IMG/VR virus record: IMGVR_UViG_3300045000_000060
Span: 1 to 60,108 of that record
From: a virus
Lineage: Duplodnaviria > Caudoviricetes
Length of the DNA: 60,108 nt
Strand: one strand, 5' to 3'
A program made the translations under genes and the position numbers. The stretch's first letter is position 1. Every line of letters begins with the position of its first letter. Shown here piece after piece: positions 34,692-45,135 of this stretch. Under the pieces are notes generated by a model, which was not told the DNA's origin, did no database searches, and saw only the letters and a list, made by a program, of their open reading frames with translations.

Positions 34692-36596
34692 TTAAGGCCC
34701 CACTACCGTGACGGTCGTCGACGACGAGAATGCGGAGGGCGGCCCCGATGGTGCAAAACTTCTCACCTTCACCTCGTAAGTTGCCGGAAACGGCGCGGTA
34801 CGCCCCGCCTTGACCGAGACGCGGCCAGAGGCGAGCGTTCCGCCGGTGTTGGACTCGGTTAAAAACGACCCGCCCGATCCGTTGACGCGCCATTCCACCT
34901 GATAGAGCAGGTCGGACCGACCGGGATCGTCGAAAGAGACGATGAAGTTTCCGGCCAGGAAGACAGGATCGGGTATCGCAGCGACGTTCGCCGGCACGGG
35001 CGGCGGCGGAAACACAAGCTTGCCCGGGATCGAGGCGGCGCTGTTCTCTTCCGTGGCGGGATCCCACGCATCAATCGAGTTGGGATTCACCGACACGAAC
35101 TTGAACGTGACCGACGCATTGAGCAGATCGATGGTCATTGCCCGGATCTCGACCACCAGGCCGACGAGATCGGCCGTGATGTCGGGCACATCGACCAATA
35201 CCCAGCGCTCACCCAGCGCGCGCAACCCATAGAGCGTCGTGGTCAGCGTACCGCGCAGCGGCGCCCGAAATTGCGCCATCCGCCGTTTAGCGAGCCGGCG
35301 CGCCTGCGGATGGGAATACACCCAGGGCAGCGCAAAGCGCTGGGAGCGCGTCTTGCCGCGCGCCGAGATGTCGGTTTCATCGCGCCACGGCCGGCCGGGC
35401 ACCGTCTTATAATCGAGCTGCGGCTCCGTGTAGTCGAGCGTGAGCTCGTTCACGACCTCTTCGTCGGCGAGATCGTATTGCAGCGAGACGCCGCGCACGT
35501 GCTTCGACGACAGCGCGATCGTCGGGGCCCGGTATACCCCGACCTTGAGGGCGAGCGATCCGTCGCCGTTCTGCGATATCCAGCCGTCGCAGGTATCGAG
35601 GATCGAGCTGATCACGTCGGCCGGATCGGAATCGAGCGGAAAGCTGCCGTTGGAAGCGTAGCGCGGTTCGCTGCCGCCGTCGGCGCGGGCCACCCCTGCG
35701 TCGCAGAGATTGGCCTCCACAGTCAGCGCGGCGATGACCGGCGTGATCAGCGTCGCCCATGCAAGCCCCATCCCGCGGTCGGCATTGGTCAGGAAATCCA
35801 CCAGCTGAACGACCGGATTCGCACTGACCTTCCAGGTCGCCGAATTTCCGGCCGCCTGCGCGCCGTCGCGCCAATCATAAATCGGCGTGCAGTCCATCAC
35901 GGCGGAAGGAAGCGGCAATCCGCGGGGGAAGATGGTCGGAAAGTCGCCGATGGCGGCGACCGGATCACATTTCAGCATCAGGCTCGCGATACCGTCGCCG
36001 CGATGGGCCGCCGTCCAGATCGGAAACAGCCCGCTGATGATGGCGCCGAAGGCGGTCTCGGGATCGGTCCCGAGATGCGTCGCGATCGTGACCTTGCCGG
36101 TGCCGTAGCGCCCATCCGCCATCCCGTTGACCACGCCGCCGCCGCCGAGCGTGACCACGTCGTCATGAAGATAGAACCCGACGAACCCCGCAATGCGGCC
36201 GTGATGAAGCGCGATGACGTCATAGGAGACCTTGTTGGACGCCTCGAACAGCATATAGGCGCCGGCAAGTCGGACGCGGCCATAGCCCACGATGCGCGAC
36301 GCGCTGGTCTGACGCACCGGCTGGTGGCCGGCTTCCGGCGGCGGCAATGCGGGACCGCCCGGTATCGATGCCCGGTTCGGGCGATTGAGCAGAAGTTGCA
36401 GGCCGATCGAGCCGGCGAGGATGACCGCGGTGCCGACCGCGGTCGCTACAGTGAGGGTTCCGATGATGACCGTGCTGGCGAGCAGCTCGGCACCGATCGC
36501 CTCCAGGATGACGGCGCCGATCACTTCCGCGGCATGCTTCACGGCATGCAGAAGATCGGCATGGGCCTGCAGGGTGGCCAGAGCATCCTCAAGCAT
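34692..36596 (-). CDS. tail tip/central fibre protein (gpJ-like, C-terminal Fn3)
   Basis: YGRVRLAG, WKVSANP, EPRY, QARRLAK, YEVKVRS. Confidence 0.85.
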   Translation of the reverse strand: MLEDALATLQAHADLLHAVKHAAEVIGAVILEAIGAELLASTVIIGTLTVATAVGTAVILAGSIGLQLLLNRPNRASIPGGPALPPPEAGHQPVRQTSASRIVGYGRVRLAGAYMLFEASNKVSYDVIALHHGRIAGFVGFYLHDDVVTLGGGGVVNGMADGRYGTGKVTIATHLGTDPETAFGAIISGLFPIWTAAHRGDGIASLMLKCDPVAAIGDFPTIFPRGLPLPSAVMDCTPIYDWRDGAQAAGNSATWKVSANPVVQLVDFLTNADRGMGLAWATLITPVIAALTVEANLCDAGVARADGGSEPRYASNGSFPLDSDPADVISSILDTCDGWISQNGDGSLALKVGVYRAPTIALSSKHVRGVSLQYDLADEEVVNELTLDYTEPQLDYKTVPGRPWRDETDISARGKTRSQRFALPWVYSHPQARRLAKRRMAQFRAPLRGTLTTTLYGLRALGERWVLVDVPDITADLVGLVVEIRAMTIDLLNASVTFKFVSVNPNSIDAWDPATEENSAASIPGKLVFPPPPVPANVAAIPDPVFLAGNFIVSFDDPGRSDLLYQVEWRVNGSGGSFLTESNTGGTLASGRVSVKAGRTAPFPATYEVKVRSFAPSGPPSAFSSSTTVTVVGP

Positions 36597-37095
36597 TCGG
36601 CAGCGCCCAGGCCCGGATCACCGGAAAGTTTCCGAACGCCAATCCGGGTGCGTCCGATGGCTTGACGGCCCACAATTGGGGCCGACGGCAAATTGCGCCG
36701 ACGGGGCCGAGAATGATCCGGCGCCGCGGCGGCAACACATCCTCGACCAATCGCGGGAACACGAGAGAGGCTTGCGGGACCGCGCCGCGTCCGAAAACCA
36801 GCCTGACCAGCGCGACGTCGCCGGCTTTCGGATGCTCGGTCGCGACGCATCCCGCCCGACCCAGCAATGCGTCCGCAAAGGCGATCGGGCCGCCGTTGTC
36901 CTTGATGAGGCGCCGCGCCTCGCGCTCGCTCGTATAGGTGCCGCGATAGTCTCCCGCGCAGTCGATGCCGGTGATGCGCTCGACCCAATCGGCGACGAAC
37001 AAAAAGCAGTCGATCTCACCCCATGCCCAATGCCGACGGCCGGCCGCGCACAGATATTCGTCGAACGGCGCGCTCAGGGCCCGAACACCGGCCAT
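36589..37095 (-). CDS. NlpC/P60-like tail protein
   Basis: WAWGEIDC.LFVADW...RGTY...AGDVAL; the longer ORF-track start is rejected. Confidence 0.78.
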   Translation of the reverse strand: MAGVRALSAPFDEYLCAAGRRHWAWGEIDCFLFVADWVERITGIDCAGDYRGTYTSEREARRLIKDNGGPIAFADALLGRAGCVATEHPKAGDVALVRLVFGRGAVPQASLVFPRLVEDVLPPRRRIILGPVGAICRRPQLWAVKPSDAPGLAFGNFPVIRAWALPNA

Positions 37096-37682
37096 ACTTT
37101 CTCGAACTGGCTGTAGACCACCGTGCGCTCGCAAAACCTGTCTCCCGGATGCCGCGTCTGCTGGTCTTTGTCGGTGAGGTAGGAGAGCCCGCGACGTCGG
37201 CGACCGGTGAACAGCGAGCCGACCGACAATTCGATCACCCGCGTGATGCCATTGCCGCTCTTGTCGGACTGCTGGTTGAGCGTCACGAAATCGGCATGGC
37301 CGCTCCACAGCCATTTCGGAACGCCGAGCTGCTGCCAGGCCGCATCGAAAAACCCGATGCCGATCGCGATCGGCGTGTCCTTCACGCCCGGCGCCGCGGT
37401 CGACGCCAGGGCAAGCGTATCCTTCGATACGCCCGAGACGTAGAACGTCAGCCGCTCGGCCACGCCATTGATGAGCTGCTGGAACGCGGGAACGTCGCGG
37501 AGCTGGCCGCACCCGGAATAAATCTGTGCGCTCGCATCGAGCGCATTGATGTCGACCTTGCAGTCGCCGACGCCGAGCCACAGCCGCGAGACCGGGTTGG
37601 TCGCCATACGGAAGAAGACGCCGATGCGCTGGGTGTCCGAATTGAGCGCGTCGATCTCGGCGGCGGAAAGCGCGAGTGCCAT
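37074..37682 (-). CDS. tail hub protein
   Basis: RLWLGVG...INGVAERL...DQQTRHPGDRFC. Confidence 0.8.
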   Translation of the reverse strand: MALALSAAEIDALNSDTQRIGVFFRMATNPVSRLWLGVGDCKVDINALDASAQIYSGCGQLRDVPAFQQLINGVAERLTFYVSGVSKDTLALASTAAPGVKDTPIAIGIGFFDAAWQQLGVPKWLWSGHADFVTLNQQSDKSGNGITRVIELSVGSLFTGRRRRGLSYLTDKDQQTRHPGDRFCERTVVYSQFEKVWPVFGP

Positions 37683-37685
37683 GGC

Positions 37686-38411
37686 TCAGGCCGGAAACGG
37701 CGGGAAGGCTTCGACGAACATGGCGCTCTGAGTCCCGTTCCAAGCCGTCTCGAAGGTCGCGTCCATGCTGTCGGCCGCCGCAAGGCGCATCACGCATTTC
37801 GGCCGATCGAACTCGATGACGACGTTGGCGAGCACGTCCTCGCGCAGAGGGGGACGGATCGTGACCGCCCATGTGCCGTCGAGGTTCTTCACGGCGGTGC
37901 GGATGCGATAGAGCCGCCATCGGTTCGTCGCATGATCGATCGAAAAATATTCTCCACCGTGGAGATCATCGCCCGTGGTCACGCTGATGGTCAGAGACGT
38001 CGCCCGCAGCACTGCAGCCGCGGTAAGCTTCGCGGCGATCATTGAATTGTCATAGAGAGAGCCGTCGGAGAAAGATGAGTCGTCGCTATGTGGCACCGCC
38101 GGCAGGCTCATCTGCGCAATGCCGCCCACGAGCGGCCACGGCGCGTCGACCATTTCGCGGCACGGCACGATGATGGGCTGCACGCCGCCGTCACCAATCG
38201 CTGTGAGTGCGTGCCACGAACGCCGGCGATCGGGCGTGAACGTGGGGACACCGGTCATGGTGACCTTCCACAACCCGCCGCCATCGAGCCGGGACACGGG
38301 CATTATCCCCGACGCGGTCTGGCCGCCGCTGATCGCGGCGCCCCCGAGCTCCCATGACAACTTTGCCGGGCCGAGCAGCGCTTCGGGAAAATAGCGCAGG
38401 ATCTCCGTCAT
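37686..38411 (-). CDS. distal tail protein
   Basis: follows TMP; GGGLW, PHSDDSSFSDG, IRPPLRE. Confidence 0.8.
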   Translation of the reverse strand: MTEILRYFPEALLGPAKLSWELGGAAISGGQTASGIMPVSRLDGGGLWKVTMTGVPTFTPDRRRSWHALTAIGDGGVQPIIVPCREMVDAPWPLVGGIAQMSLPAVPHSDDSSFSDGSLYDNSMIAAKLTAAAVLRATSLTISVTTGDDLHGGEYFSIDHATNRWRLYRIRTAVKNLDGTWAVTIRPPLREDVLANVVIEFDRPKCVMRLAAADSMDATFETAWNGTQSAMFVEAFPPFPA

Positions 38412-40513
38412 GTTCCGAGCTGCTGATACCGAACCTGGCGGGCCGGCCCGCCGTTGTTCGCGATGGCGACCGCCTGCTGAACGCCGCGACTGGCCGCCGC
38501 TTGCGCGACCTGTTGCACGTCGTCGCGCGTCATGTAGCCGGCGAAGTCCATCTTCATCGTGATTTCGATCTTGCCCGGGCCCGATGCACCTCCCATCGCC
38601 GCCATCTGGGCCGGCGTGAAGACACCCTCGCCTTTGTGGGCGACGATCGGCACCTCGTCGGAGCCGATGACGCCGCCGCTGCCGAAGCGCGGGGCGCCGT
38701 CGAAATGCGCCGGGTGGACGATGCGCGTCGAAAACGTGTCGGCTCCCAGCATGCCGCCGGTATGGGCGACAATCGCAGCCTTGCCCAACTCGGCGCCCGC
38801 GCCGCCTGCGCCGCCGCCAAGTCCGAACAACGATCCGATATTGAACCCGCCCGTTGCCCCGCCGAGCGCATTCGCCATGAGCCTCCTGGCGGCCATGTCG
38901 ATCAGCGTATCCGTCAGCCGGTTCATCGCGTTCTGCAGCGCGGTCACCGCGGTCACGCCATGGGCAAGATCGGTGAAGAACCCGGACGCAAACGTCCCAC
39001 TGACGTCGTTGACCTTCTTGAGCGCGTCGTTGAAACGTATCTGCGCGGCCTCGGACGAGGCCAGCGCCGCCGGGATGTCGTTGCCGTAGAGCCCCCTGAG
39101 CTGGCTGGCAATCTGCACGTCCTCAGGCGCGAGGAATGCCGCGCCGCGCTCAAACTTAATCTTGTCGCTGATCTTGGCACGCTCGAGCGCCATGGCGGTT
39201 TCGCCGGCCTGCTTCGCCAGCGCCGCAAGAGCCGCGCGCCGCGCCTCGGTGTCCTTGACGCCGTCCCGCTCCAGGACGGATTCGCCCTCAAGCTGAATTT
39301 TCAATTGCGCGTGCGCCTGCGCGGTCAGGCCGATCGTCTGTATGCTGGCGACCATCGCGGCGTCGGCTTTTTTGGTCTGGTCGACAAACTTCGTCCAGGC
39401 GTCGGCCGCATCTTCCGTGGCCTTCTTTTCGCCGCCCGCCAGATCCTTGATCGCCCCACTGAAACGCGCCGCGAAGCTCCCCCCGATGGGTGCGCCGTCC
39501 TTGTCGAGATTGGCAACGCCCATTCCAGCCGAGAGATTTCCGCGCGCCGCTTTCATCGCTGCGGCTGCGGGATCGAGATCGAGCCGGTCGCCTTTGGGGC
39601 TCGGAAGCGATGAACCTCGCGGGAAGAAACTGCCACCCGCGGATATCTGCGCCAGAGTGCCCATCGTTGAAAAGAAATTTGTCGGGAGTTTATCGAGCAA
39701 TGCTGTCAACCCGCGCGTTGCCGATGCGATCGCCTCGACGGTCCCGACCCATGCCCCCTGCAGCTTGAGCGCCATGTTTGTGACGTCGATCTGCACCTTA
39801 AAAAAGTCGCTGATTGCAGATTTGGCGGATGCGAGACGCATGCCCAAGTCGGTGGCCAGTTGCACCTGGTCGGCGGAGATCGAATCCTGCTGGAACTTGG
39901 TCAGCTTCTCCAGATTTGCGGTCAAATCGGAGGAAAACAACCTCCGCTCCGCGCCGGCATATTGTTCGAGCAGCGAAGATCCCCGGTCCCAGACCGCATT
40001 CAACGCCTTGAAGGCTTCCACGACGAGGAAAATAGGAATGGAGAGGCGGCCGACCAGAGATAAGGCCGGCAACAGCCGAGCGCCGATCGAGGTCGCCACT
40101 TCGGCCGCGGCCGGCCCCATGGCTTTCAGTGCCACACCCGTCGCGCCCACGGCCGCCGTGATCGCCGGATTGGCGAAGCTGCGAAACGCGGGCGAGAGCG
40201 CATAGGCCGCCACGGCCGCGAACTTGATCGCGTTCGTGTGCGCCAGGAGTTCCGTTCCGGTCGAGCGAAACGCATCGCCGGCCCCGCGCACATCGTCGTT
40301 TGCCGCGCTGTAGCTGCGCGACAGGTTGTCATTGGCAGCCGCCATTTGGCGCGAGCTTTGGTCCGTTAATTCCAGGGCGCGCTGTTGACGCAAGAGCGCC
40401 TGCTCGACTTTGTCGGAGGAAACGGAAAGTTTCTCCAAGGACTGCTGCGCCTGATCGACGCCGTCCGTCCGGCCCTGGATCGTGATTTTCTTGATGACTT
40501 CGAGCGAGGGCAT
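38408..40513 (-). CDS. tape measure protein
   Basis: Ala-rich helical 701 aa; HTGG...DEVPIVAHKGEGV. Confidence 0.88.
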   Translation of the reverse strand: MPSLEVIKKITIQGRTDGVDQAQQSLEKLSVSSDKVEQALLRQQRALELTDQSSRQMAAANDNLSRSYSAANDDVRGAGDAFRSTGTELLAHTNAIKFAAVAAYALSPAFRSFANPAITAAVGATGVALKAMGPAAAEVATSIGARLLPALSLVGRLSIPIFLVVEAFKALNAVWDRGSSLLEQYAGAERRLFSSDLTANLEKLTKFQQDSISADQVQLATDLGMRLASAKSAISDFFKVQIDVTNMALKLQGAWVGTVEAIASATRGLTALLDKLPTNFFSTMGTLAQISAGGSFFPRGSSLPSPKGDRLDLDPAAAAMKAARGNLSAGMGVANLDKDGAPIGGSFAARFSGAIKDLAGGEKKATEDAADAWTKFVDQTKKADAAMVASIQTIGLTAQAHAQLKIQLEGESVLERDGVKDTEARRAALAALAKQAGETAMALERAKISDKIKFERGAAFLAPEDVQIASQLRGLYGNDIPAALASSEAAQIRFNDALKKVNDVSGTFASGFFTDLAHGVTAVTALQNAMNRLTDTLIDMAARRLMANALGGATGGFNIGSLFGLGGGAGGAGAELGKAAIVAHTGGMLGADTFSTRIVHPAHFDGAPRFGSGGVIGSDEVPIVAHKGEGVFTPAQMAAMGGASGPGKIEITMKMDFAGYMTRDDVQQVAQAAASRGVQQAVAIANNGGPARQVRYQQLGT

Positions 40514-40516
40514 GTA

Positions 40517-40783
40517 TCACTTGCTTCCCTGAGGCGGATTGAGGCTTTTGACGTGCTCGCAATAGGCACTATCCATCGCTTGCATCAACTGGCGGAACCG
40601 ATCGAACTCATCGGGGTCGTCGATGGCATGACGCACCGCGTAGCGATCCAGCGAAGTCCAAGGGATTGGACCGATGCCGAAGCCTTGCTGCCGATCCGTT
40701 GACAGATCGCGAAAGGCGCGCCACTCGAATTGCAGATGCTCGGCGAGTTCCGGCTCATTCTCGAGAAATGGAAGCGGCGGCAC
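40517..40783 (-). CDS. tail assembly chaperone, C-terminal (gpT-like) frame
   Basis: AFRDLSTDR..G.G.GPIPW...MDSAY; reached by -1 frameshift. Confidence 0.8.
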   Translation of the reverse strand: MPPLPFLENEPELAEHLQFEWRAFRDLSTDRQQGFGIGPIPWTSLDRYAVRHAIDDPDEFDRFRQLMQAMDSAYCEHVKSLNPPQGSK

Positions 40784-40851
40784 TATCCCGCCGCCCGGGC
40801 CGGCCGCGTCTCTGATTTTCTCAGCTATCTCGCCCCAATCGAGAGACCAGA

Positions 40852-41277
40852 CTAGGGCGTCAGTGAGTTTTTTACGTCGGCCTCGAGATCAACCGCGGCC
40901 TGCTCGCCGACGACCGTCGCCGCATAAAGCACGCCGTCGCGAAACGCGCGAAATTCCGGATTCGTGAGAAGCTCGGCCGCCTTCTCCTTCGAATAGGCGA
41001 CCGGCGCGCCATCGTCGCCTTGCAGGTTCTCCCAATCCAGCAGGCACGCGCTTTGCAGGCAGATCGACATGATGCGATCCTGCTCGTCGGCGACGATGCG
41101 GCCATTGACGCGCTTAGTGCGCGGCACGGATTGAATCATCATCGTTTGAACGCGGCGCCAGTCCGCGTTGTTGATGCCGCGAACCTTCAGACGAAGATCG
41201 CCCATGTCGGGAATATTCTCGACCCAGGCGCCCTGCTCCACCTTGACGGCGTCGACCTTGAGATCACTGAGCTTCAT
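40852..41277 (-). CDS. tail assembly chaperone (gpG-like)
   Basis: GAWV...LLDWENL...YSKE.A..LL. Confidence 0.85.
   Translation of the reverse strand: MKLSDLKVDAVKVEQGAWVENIPDMGDLRLKVRGINNADWRRVQTMMIQSVPRTKRVNGRIVADEQDRIMSICLQSACLLDWENLQGDDGAPVAYSKEKAAELLTNPEFRAFRDGVLYAATVVGEQAAVDLEADVKNSLTP
40867..40873 (-). other. -1 ribosomal frameshift heptamer A AAA AAC
   Basis: GTA AAA AAC at the end of gpG; the -1 frame is open into the 40517 ORF. Confidence 0.8.
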
Positions 41278-41319
41278 GAAAACTCCTGCGAGAGGAAAGA
41301 GCTTCGCTATGCCGCGCCG

Positions 41320-42798
41320 TTACGGCAGGAACCAGAAGCGCCCGACAGACGCGGTATAGCCGAGCGTCGAGTCGCGGAGCGCCTGGAAGTTCGCCTGCAG
41401 CATGACGTCGGCATTCTTGCCCGAGACCGACGGCGATCCGCTCGCCAGCTTGATGCTCGGGAAATCGAACACCAGCGTTTCGTTGTTGGAATCGGTGCGG
41501 CCGAGCCGGATATCGAACGACGTGAGCGTATTGTTGATGATCTTGTCGAGCACCGTCTTGTCGCCGAAATAGGTGCTGAGCGTGCCGGTCACGGCAAACT
41601 CGCCGTCGCCGATGCCGACCGCGCCGAGCGTACCGACCGCGATCTGCCGGCGCAGGTTGTTGGCGTAGCTGAAATCGGCCCTGGTCACATAGTTCGGCCC
41701 GATGATCGCGGCGCCGGCAAAGCCGATGCGGCCGACATTCGATGCGGCGTTGAGCACGTCGTTGGTCGGCGCCACGATGTCGGTCGCGCCGGCAAAGCGC
41801 GTGGTCTGCACGACCGCGTCCGACCCCATATAGGTCTTGGTGAAGGTCGCGACCTTCTGCGCATCGGCCGCGATGGCGAACTTGTCGATCGTCTGGCCGC
41901 GCAGATATTCGTAGGTGACCGGGCTGTGGTCGAGATATTGCCGCTCGATGGTGTTCGAGCGCTTGGTAGATCCGTTGATCAGGAAGTCGCCGATGAAGAC
42001 CTGCAGCGTCTTGGCGGCGCCGGCATCCGCCACCCAGCCCACCGGCACGCGATCGAAAGAGAGGCGCGTCGCCGTGATGGCCGAGATGCGGCACCAGTCG
42101 TTGTCGACGGCGGTCGCGAGCTGGTTGCCGGCCGCGCTGCCGCCGACCAGCACCCATTGGCCGATCGCCAGGCCGAGCGTGGTGAAGTCGAGCGCCGTCG
42201 ACGTCAGGCCGTTTCCGCCTGCAGTGACTGCGACCAGATCGCCTGCGGCGCCCTGGAAACCCACGACGCGCATCGCCGCCCCGACCGGGATCGCCGCGAC
42301 TTCAGCCGTGAAGCTGGCAGCCGGAAAGACGACCGTCGTGGCGGTCGACGACGCCACCCGCGACACGATGGCGTTGTTCGCCGCCGTCGGAAAGCCGCTG
42401 GTCAGAACCAGCATGCCGGTCTTGAACGGCGTGCCGAGCGGCGTGAGCACCGTCGCGGTCGTGGTCGACAGCGCGCTGATCTCGGTCGCCTGCGTCACGA
42501 CGGTGATCAAGGGGTTGCTGACCCAGGTTCCCTGCAGCGCCTCTTCCAGATCGTCGTCCATGCTGAGAAACGACATCTCGCCGCCGACATCGCCGCCGGC
42601 CTGATAGCCGACCAGGATGAGATCGGGCACCTGGCGATCGGAGCGGATTTCCTGCGAGGTGACGGTCTGCGGATTGAGCGCCAGCGAGCTCGACGTCTGC
42701 CGGATCGCCTTGAAGGCCGGCGTCGCCGGCGTGACGCCGAAGGTCGCCTCGCGCGCGCGGCCCAGTTTCACGCGGTTCGTCGATTGCAGGTCAACCAT
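41320..42798 (-). CDS. major tail tube protein
   Basis: REATFGVTP...SQEIRSDRQ...VTGTLSTYF. Confidence 0.88.
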   Translation of the reverse strand: MVDLQSTNRVKLGRAREATFGVTPATPAFKAIRQTSSSLALNPQTVTSQEIRSDRQVPDLILVGYQAGGDVGGEMSFLSMDDDLEEALQGTWVSNPLITVVTQATEISALSTTTATVLTPLGTPFKTGMLVLTSGFPTAANNAIVSRVASSTATTVVFPAASFTAEVAAIPVGAAMRVVGFQGAAGDLVAVTAGGNGLTSTALDFTTLGLAIGQWVLVGGSAAGNQLATAVDNDWCRISAITATRLSFDRVPVGWVADAGAAKTLQVFIGDFLINGSTKRSNTIERQYLDHSPVTYEYLRGQTIDKFAIAADAQKVATFTKTYMGSDAVVQTTRFAGATDIVAPTNDVLNAASNVGRIGFAGAAIIGPNYVTRADFSYANNLRRQIAVGTLGAVGIGDGEFAVTGTLSTYFGDKTVLDKIINNTLTSFDIRLGRTDSNNETLVFDFPSIKLASGSPSVSGKNADVMLQANFQALRDSTLGYTASVGRFWFLP

Positions 42799-42816
42799 GG
42801 TGGCTGTTCCTTCGGC

Positions 42817-43242
42817 TTAGCCGTTGATGTCGAAGTAGTAGAGGGCCACGAAAGCCAGCGTCCAATAGTTGCCGGCATCGTTGCTGTTATCGAGCACGGG
42901 TGATGAAACGCCCCAGGTCTTTACGCCGCCGAATTTCTTGCCGCGGAACAAGGCGCGCAGCTCGTCAGCCCAGCCCATGCCCTGCGCGACGCCCAAGCCG
43001 CGGCGAATGTTCAAGACGAAACGGATGCCGCCGCTTTCGCGGAAGATATTGGCGCCTGGCGCGCCGATCGTGATCTGATTTTCGTTGGCGACCGGATACT
43101 GCACTTCGATGAAGGGGGAGCCGTCGATCGGCGTTTGCCCGTTCGTGTTGATCCCGAACACCGGAACCGAGGTGCCGTCAAGGGATGTCCATGTCGCGCC
43201 GAGGCGCGCCTCGACGGCGTCGATGACGGCCTTCGCGACCAT
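42817..43242 (-). CDS. tail terminator protein
   Basis: position; FRESG...G.G...ADELRALFRG. Confidence 0.8.
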   Translation of the reverse strand: MVAKAVIDAVEARLGATWTSLDGTSVPVFGINTNGQTPIDGSPFIEVQYPVANENQITIGAPGANIFRESGGIRFVLNIRRGLGVAQGMGWADELRALFRGKKFGGVKTWGVSSPVLDNSNDAGNYWTLAFVALYYFDING

Positions 43243-43243
43243 G

Positions 43244-43864
43244 TTATTTTACCGTGATGATGATCGCGGGCGTGCGATTGGCCGATTTGTTTCCGGCATG
43301 TCCCGTGAGGAACGCCCCGCTGACCGGCGCGCGATAGCCGAAGGTGATCCTAGCGAGATTGCCGAAGCGCTGCTGCGCCATCGTGGCGACGACTTGGAAC
43401 ACGCCGTCCGGCGCCTGGGGAGATTCGCCGCGCTCTATTTTCGAGGCATAAGGCTGGGTATTCAGAAACACATACTGCGACGCATCCGGGAGTTCCGTTC
43501 CGACCTCGACCTCGGAGCCATCGGCGAAGAAGGCGAAGGACTTGCTGAATTGGCCCGACTTGACCGGCGCGTGTGTTTCGAGCTGCTGCGCAATCCACTC
43601 GAACAGGTCGGTGATGAGCTCGAACTCGTAGACGATCAAGCCATCGGGCCGAACGCCGTATTCGGACGCGCCCTCGCTTCCATCCACGATGGTCTTGTGC
43701 GCAGGAACGTACTTTAGCGCGCTTTGATTGGTCTGATCGGCCTCCGCCAGTTGAGTCCGCGCGACGAGCGCCAAAGCGAGACTGCGAGCGGCTGGCGAAA
43801 ACATCTCGCTGATGAAAAGCTCAATGTCCTTATCGATCGGCTCGACTTGCGTGACGATAGGCAT
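43244..43864 (-). CDS. tail completion protein (HK97 gp10-like)
   Basis: APVKSGQF..S...NTQPYASKIE.G.SPQAPDGV. Confidence 0.8.
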   Translation of the reverse strand: MPIVTQVEPIDKDIELFISEMFSPAARSLALALVARTQLAEADQTNQSALKYVPAHKTIVDGSEGASEYGVRPDGLIVYEFELITDLFEWIAQQLETHAPVKSGQFSKSFAFFADGSEVEVGTELPDASQYVFLNTQPYASKIERGESPQAPDGVFQVVATMAQQRFGNLARITFGYRAPVSGAFLTGHAGNKSANRTPAIIITVK

Positions 43865-44244
43865 CAGCCGCTCACCCGCAATTCGATCCGCACCAGCGTG
43901 CCGTTCAAAGAGATCGGGTTGACCGGGGCTTCGACATTGCGCACCCGTCCGTCCACGATGATCTTGTCATTCACCTGCGGCAGTGAAGGAATGGCGACGG
44001 TGCTGCTGGCAGGTTGCCCGCCCGGCCATTGCGCATTGGCGATCTGGGTCGGCGACATGATGACGCGCGAATCCGTCTGCGAGATTCCGCCGACCAACTC
44101 GTGCGACTGGAACGGCCGCACGACCGCCCGCACCGTCACGTCGACATTCAGAGTATTGGGCGCGCGGCCGACGATGCGCCGCAGCACGACGTCCTGGCCC
44201 GCCGACGCGAGGGCCTGATCCAGCGCTGCTATTGCCGGGTGCAT
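43864..44244 (-). CDS. head closure protein
   Basis: GQDVVLRR...LPQVNDKIIVDG; position. Confidence 0.75.
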   Translation of the reverse strand: MHPAIAALDQALASAGQDVVLRRIVGRAPNTLNVDVTVRAVVRPFQSHELVGGISQTDSRVIMSPTQIANAQWPGGQPASSTVAIPSLPQVNDKIIVDGRVRNVEAPVNPISLNGTLVRIELRVSG

Positions 44245-44255
44245 CGGTCAGAATC

Positions 44256-44732
44256 TCACTTATTGGCGCCCCAGCTCGCGCTCGGCTCCTTCGGCAGCTG
44301 CGGATCGAGCGCGACCTGCGAGCCCGGCGAAGGCGCGGGCGATGGCGGCGGCGCGTCCTGCAAAGGGCCGGGAGGCGGACCGTTGGTCGTCGGGGCGAAC
44401 TCGGCCCGGATGTCACGGATTTCTTTCTTGGTGAGCTCAAGCTCGGCGCGTGGTAACTTCGCGGCTTCCAGGCCGTCGGCGCGCGTCGCATGGACCTCGA
44501 CCGTCACGCTGTCGATCTCCGCCGAGATGTCGGCGACCATCCTTGTCCGCGCCGCCCGTAGCTCCTCCATCTTCTTGCGGATCTCGCCAGCCATAGGTTC
44601 CTCTTCCTTCTCACGGCGCGCCAAGCGCTTGCGCACGATCCTTCGCTCCACGATCGCGAAGGCGATCCGGCGCATAGTTTCGCGCTCGACCTTGGCCTGC
44701 GCGATCAGGATCGCGACGCGCAGGCGGTCCAT
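44256..44732 (-). CDS. hypothetical coiled-coil protein (alternative start 44594)
   Basis: in operon; RBS before MAGEIRKK. Confidence 0.6.
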   Translation of the reverse strand: MDRLRVAILIAQAKVERETMRRIAFAIVERRIVRKRLARREKEEEPMAGEIRKKMEELRAARTRMVADISAEIDSVTVEVHATRADGLEAAKLPRAELELTKKEIRDIRAEFAPTTNGPPPGPLQDAPPPSPAPSPGSQVALDPQLPKEPSASWGANK

Positions 44733-44733
44733 C

Positions 44734-45135
44734 TCATCGCACGTTGACTCTCACCGCGAGCGCGGACCCGGCATAAGAGCCGGTCCAACTCGGGACCGCC
44801 CGCAACTGCGTTCCCATGACGCCGTCGTAGACGTTCTCTGCGGAGAGTGGCGCATAGACCGTGACGCCTTTCGACAGCAGGAATTCGAGGTTGGCGTGCT
44901 TGACGAAAGAGGCCTGCGCGAAGTCGAAGCGCGCCACATCGCGCCAGGTCGTGCCACCGTCAAAGCTGGTCTGCACCTTCACGTTCCCGGTCGGCGTCGC
45001 CGGGCTGGCGAACTTGAAGTCGACGTCGATCGTGACCGAGACCGCGCCTTCAATGCCGGTGATCGGGGTCAATGGCGTCCCGGAGGCCCCGGTGAAATCG
45101 AGGTTTGCCAGGGTGTAGGGGCTGGGATTGTTCAT
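44734..45135 (-). CDS. beta-sandwich virion protein
   Basis: VKVQTSFDGGTTWRDVARFDF. Confidence 0.7.
   Translation of the reverse strand: MNNPSPYTLANLDFTGASGTPLTPITGIEGAVSVTIDVDFKFASPATPTGNVKVQTSFDGGTTWRDVARFDFAQASFVKHANLEFLLSKGVTVYAPLSAENVYDGVMGTQLRAVPSWTGSYAGSALAVRVNVR

Noticed and set aside
37096-37920. N-terminal extension of the 443-aa ORF
   Set aside because: Overlaps two tail genes; only 36589-37095 looks coding.
41020-42903. 627-aa + strand ORF (also 35271-36665, 38354-39613, 53542-54864, 55166-56590)
   Set aside because: Antisense shadows of GC-biased structural genes with no motifs.
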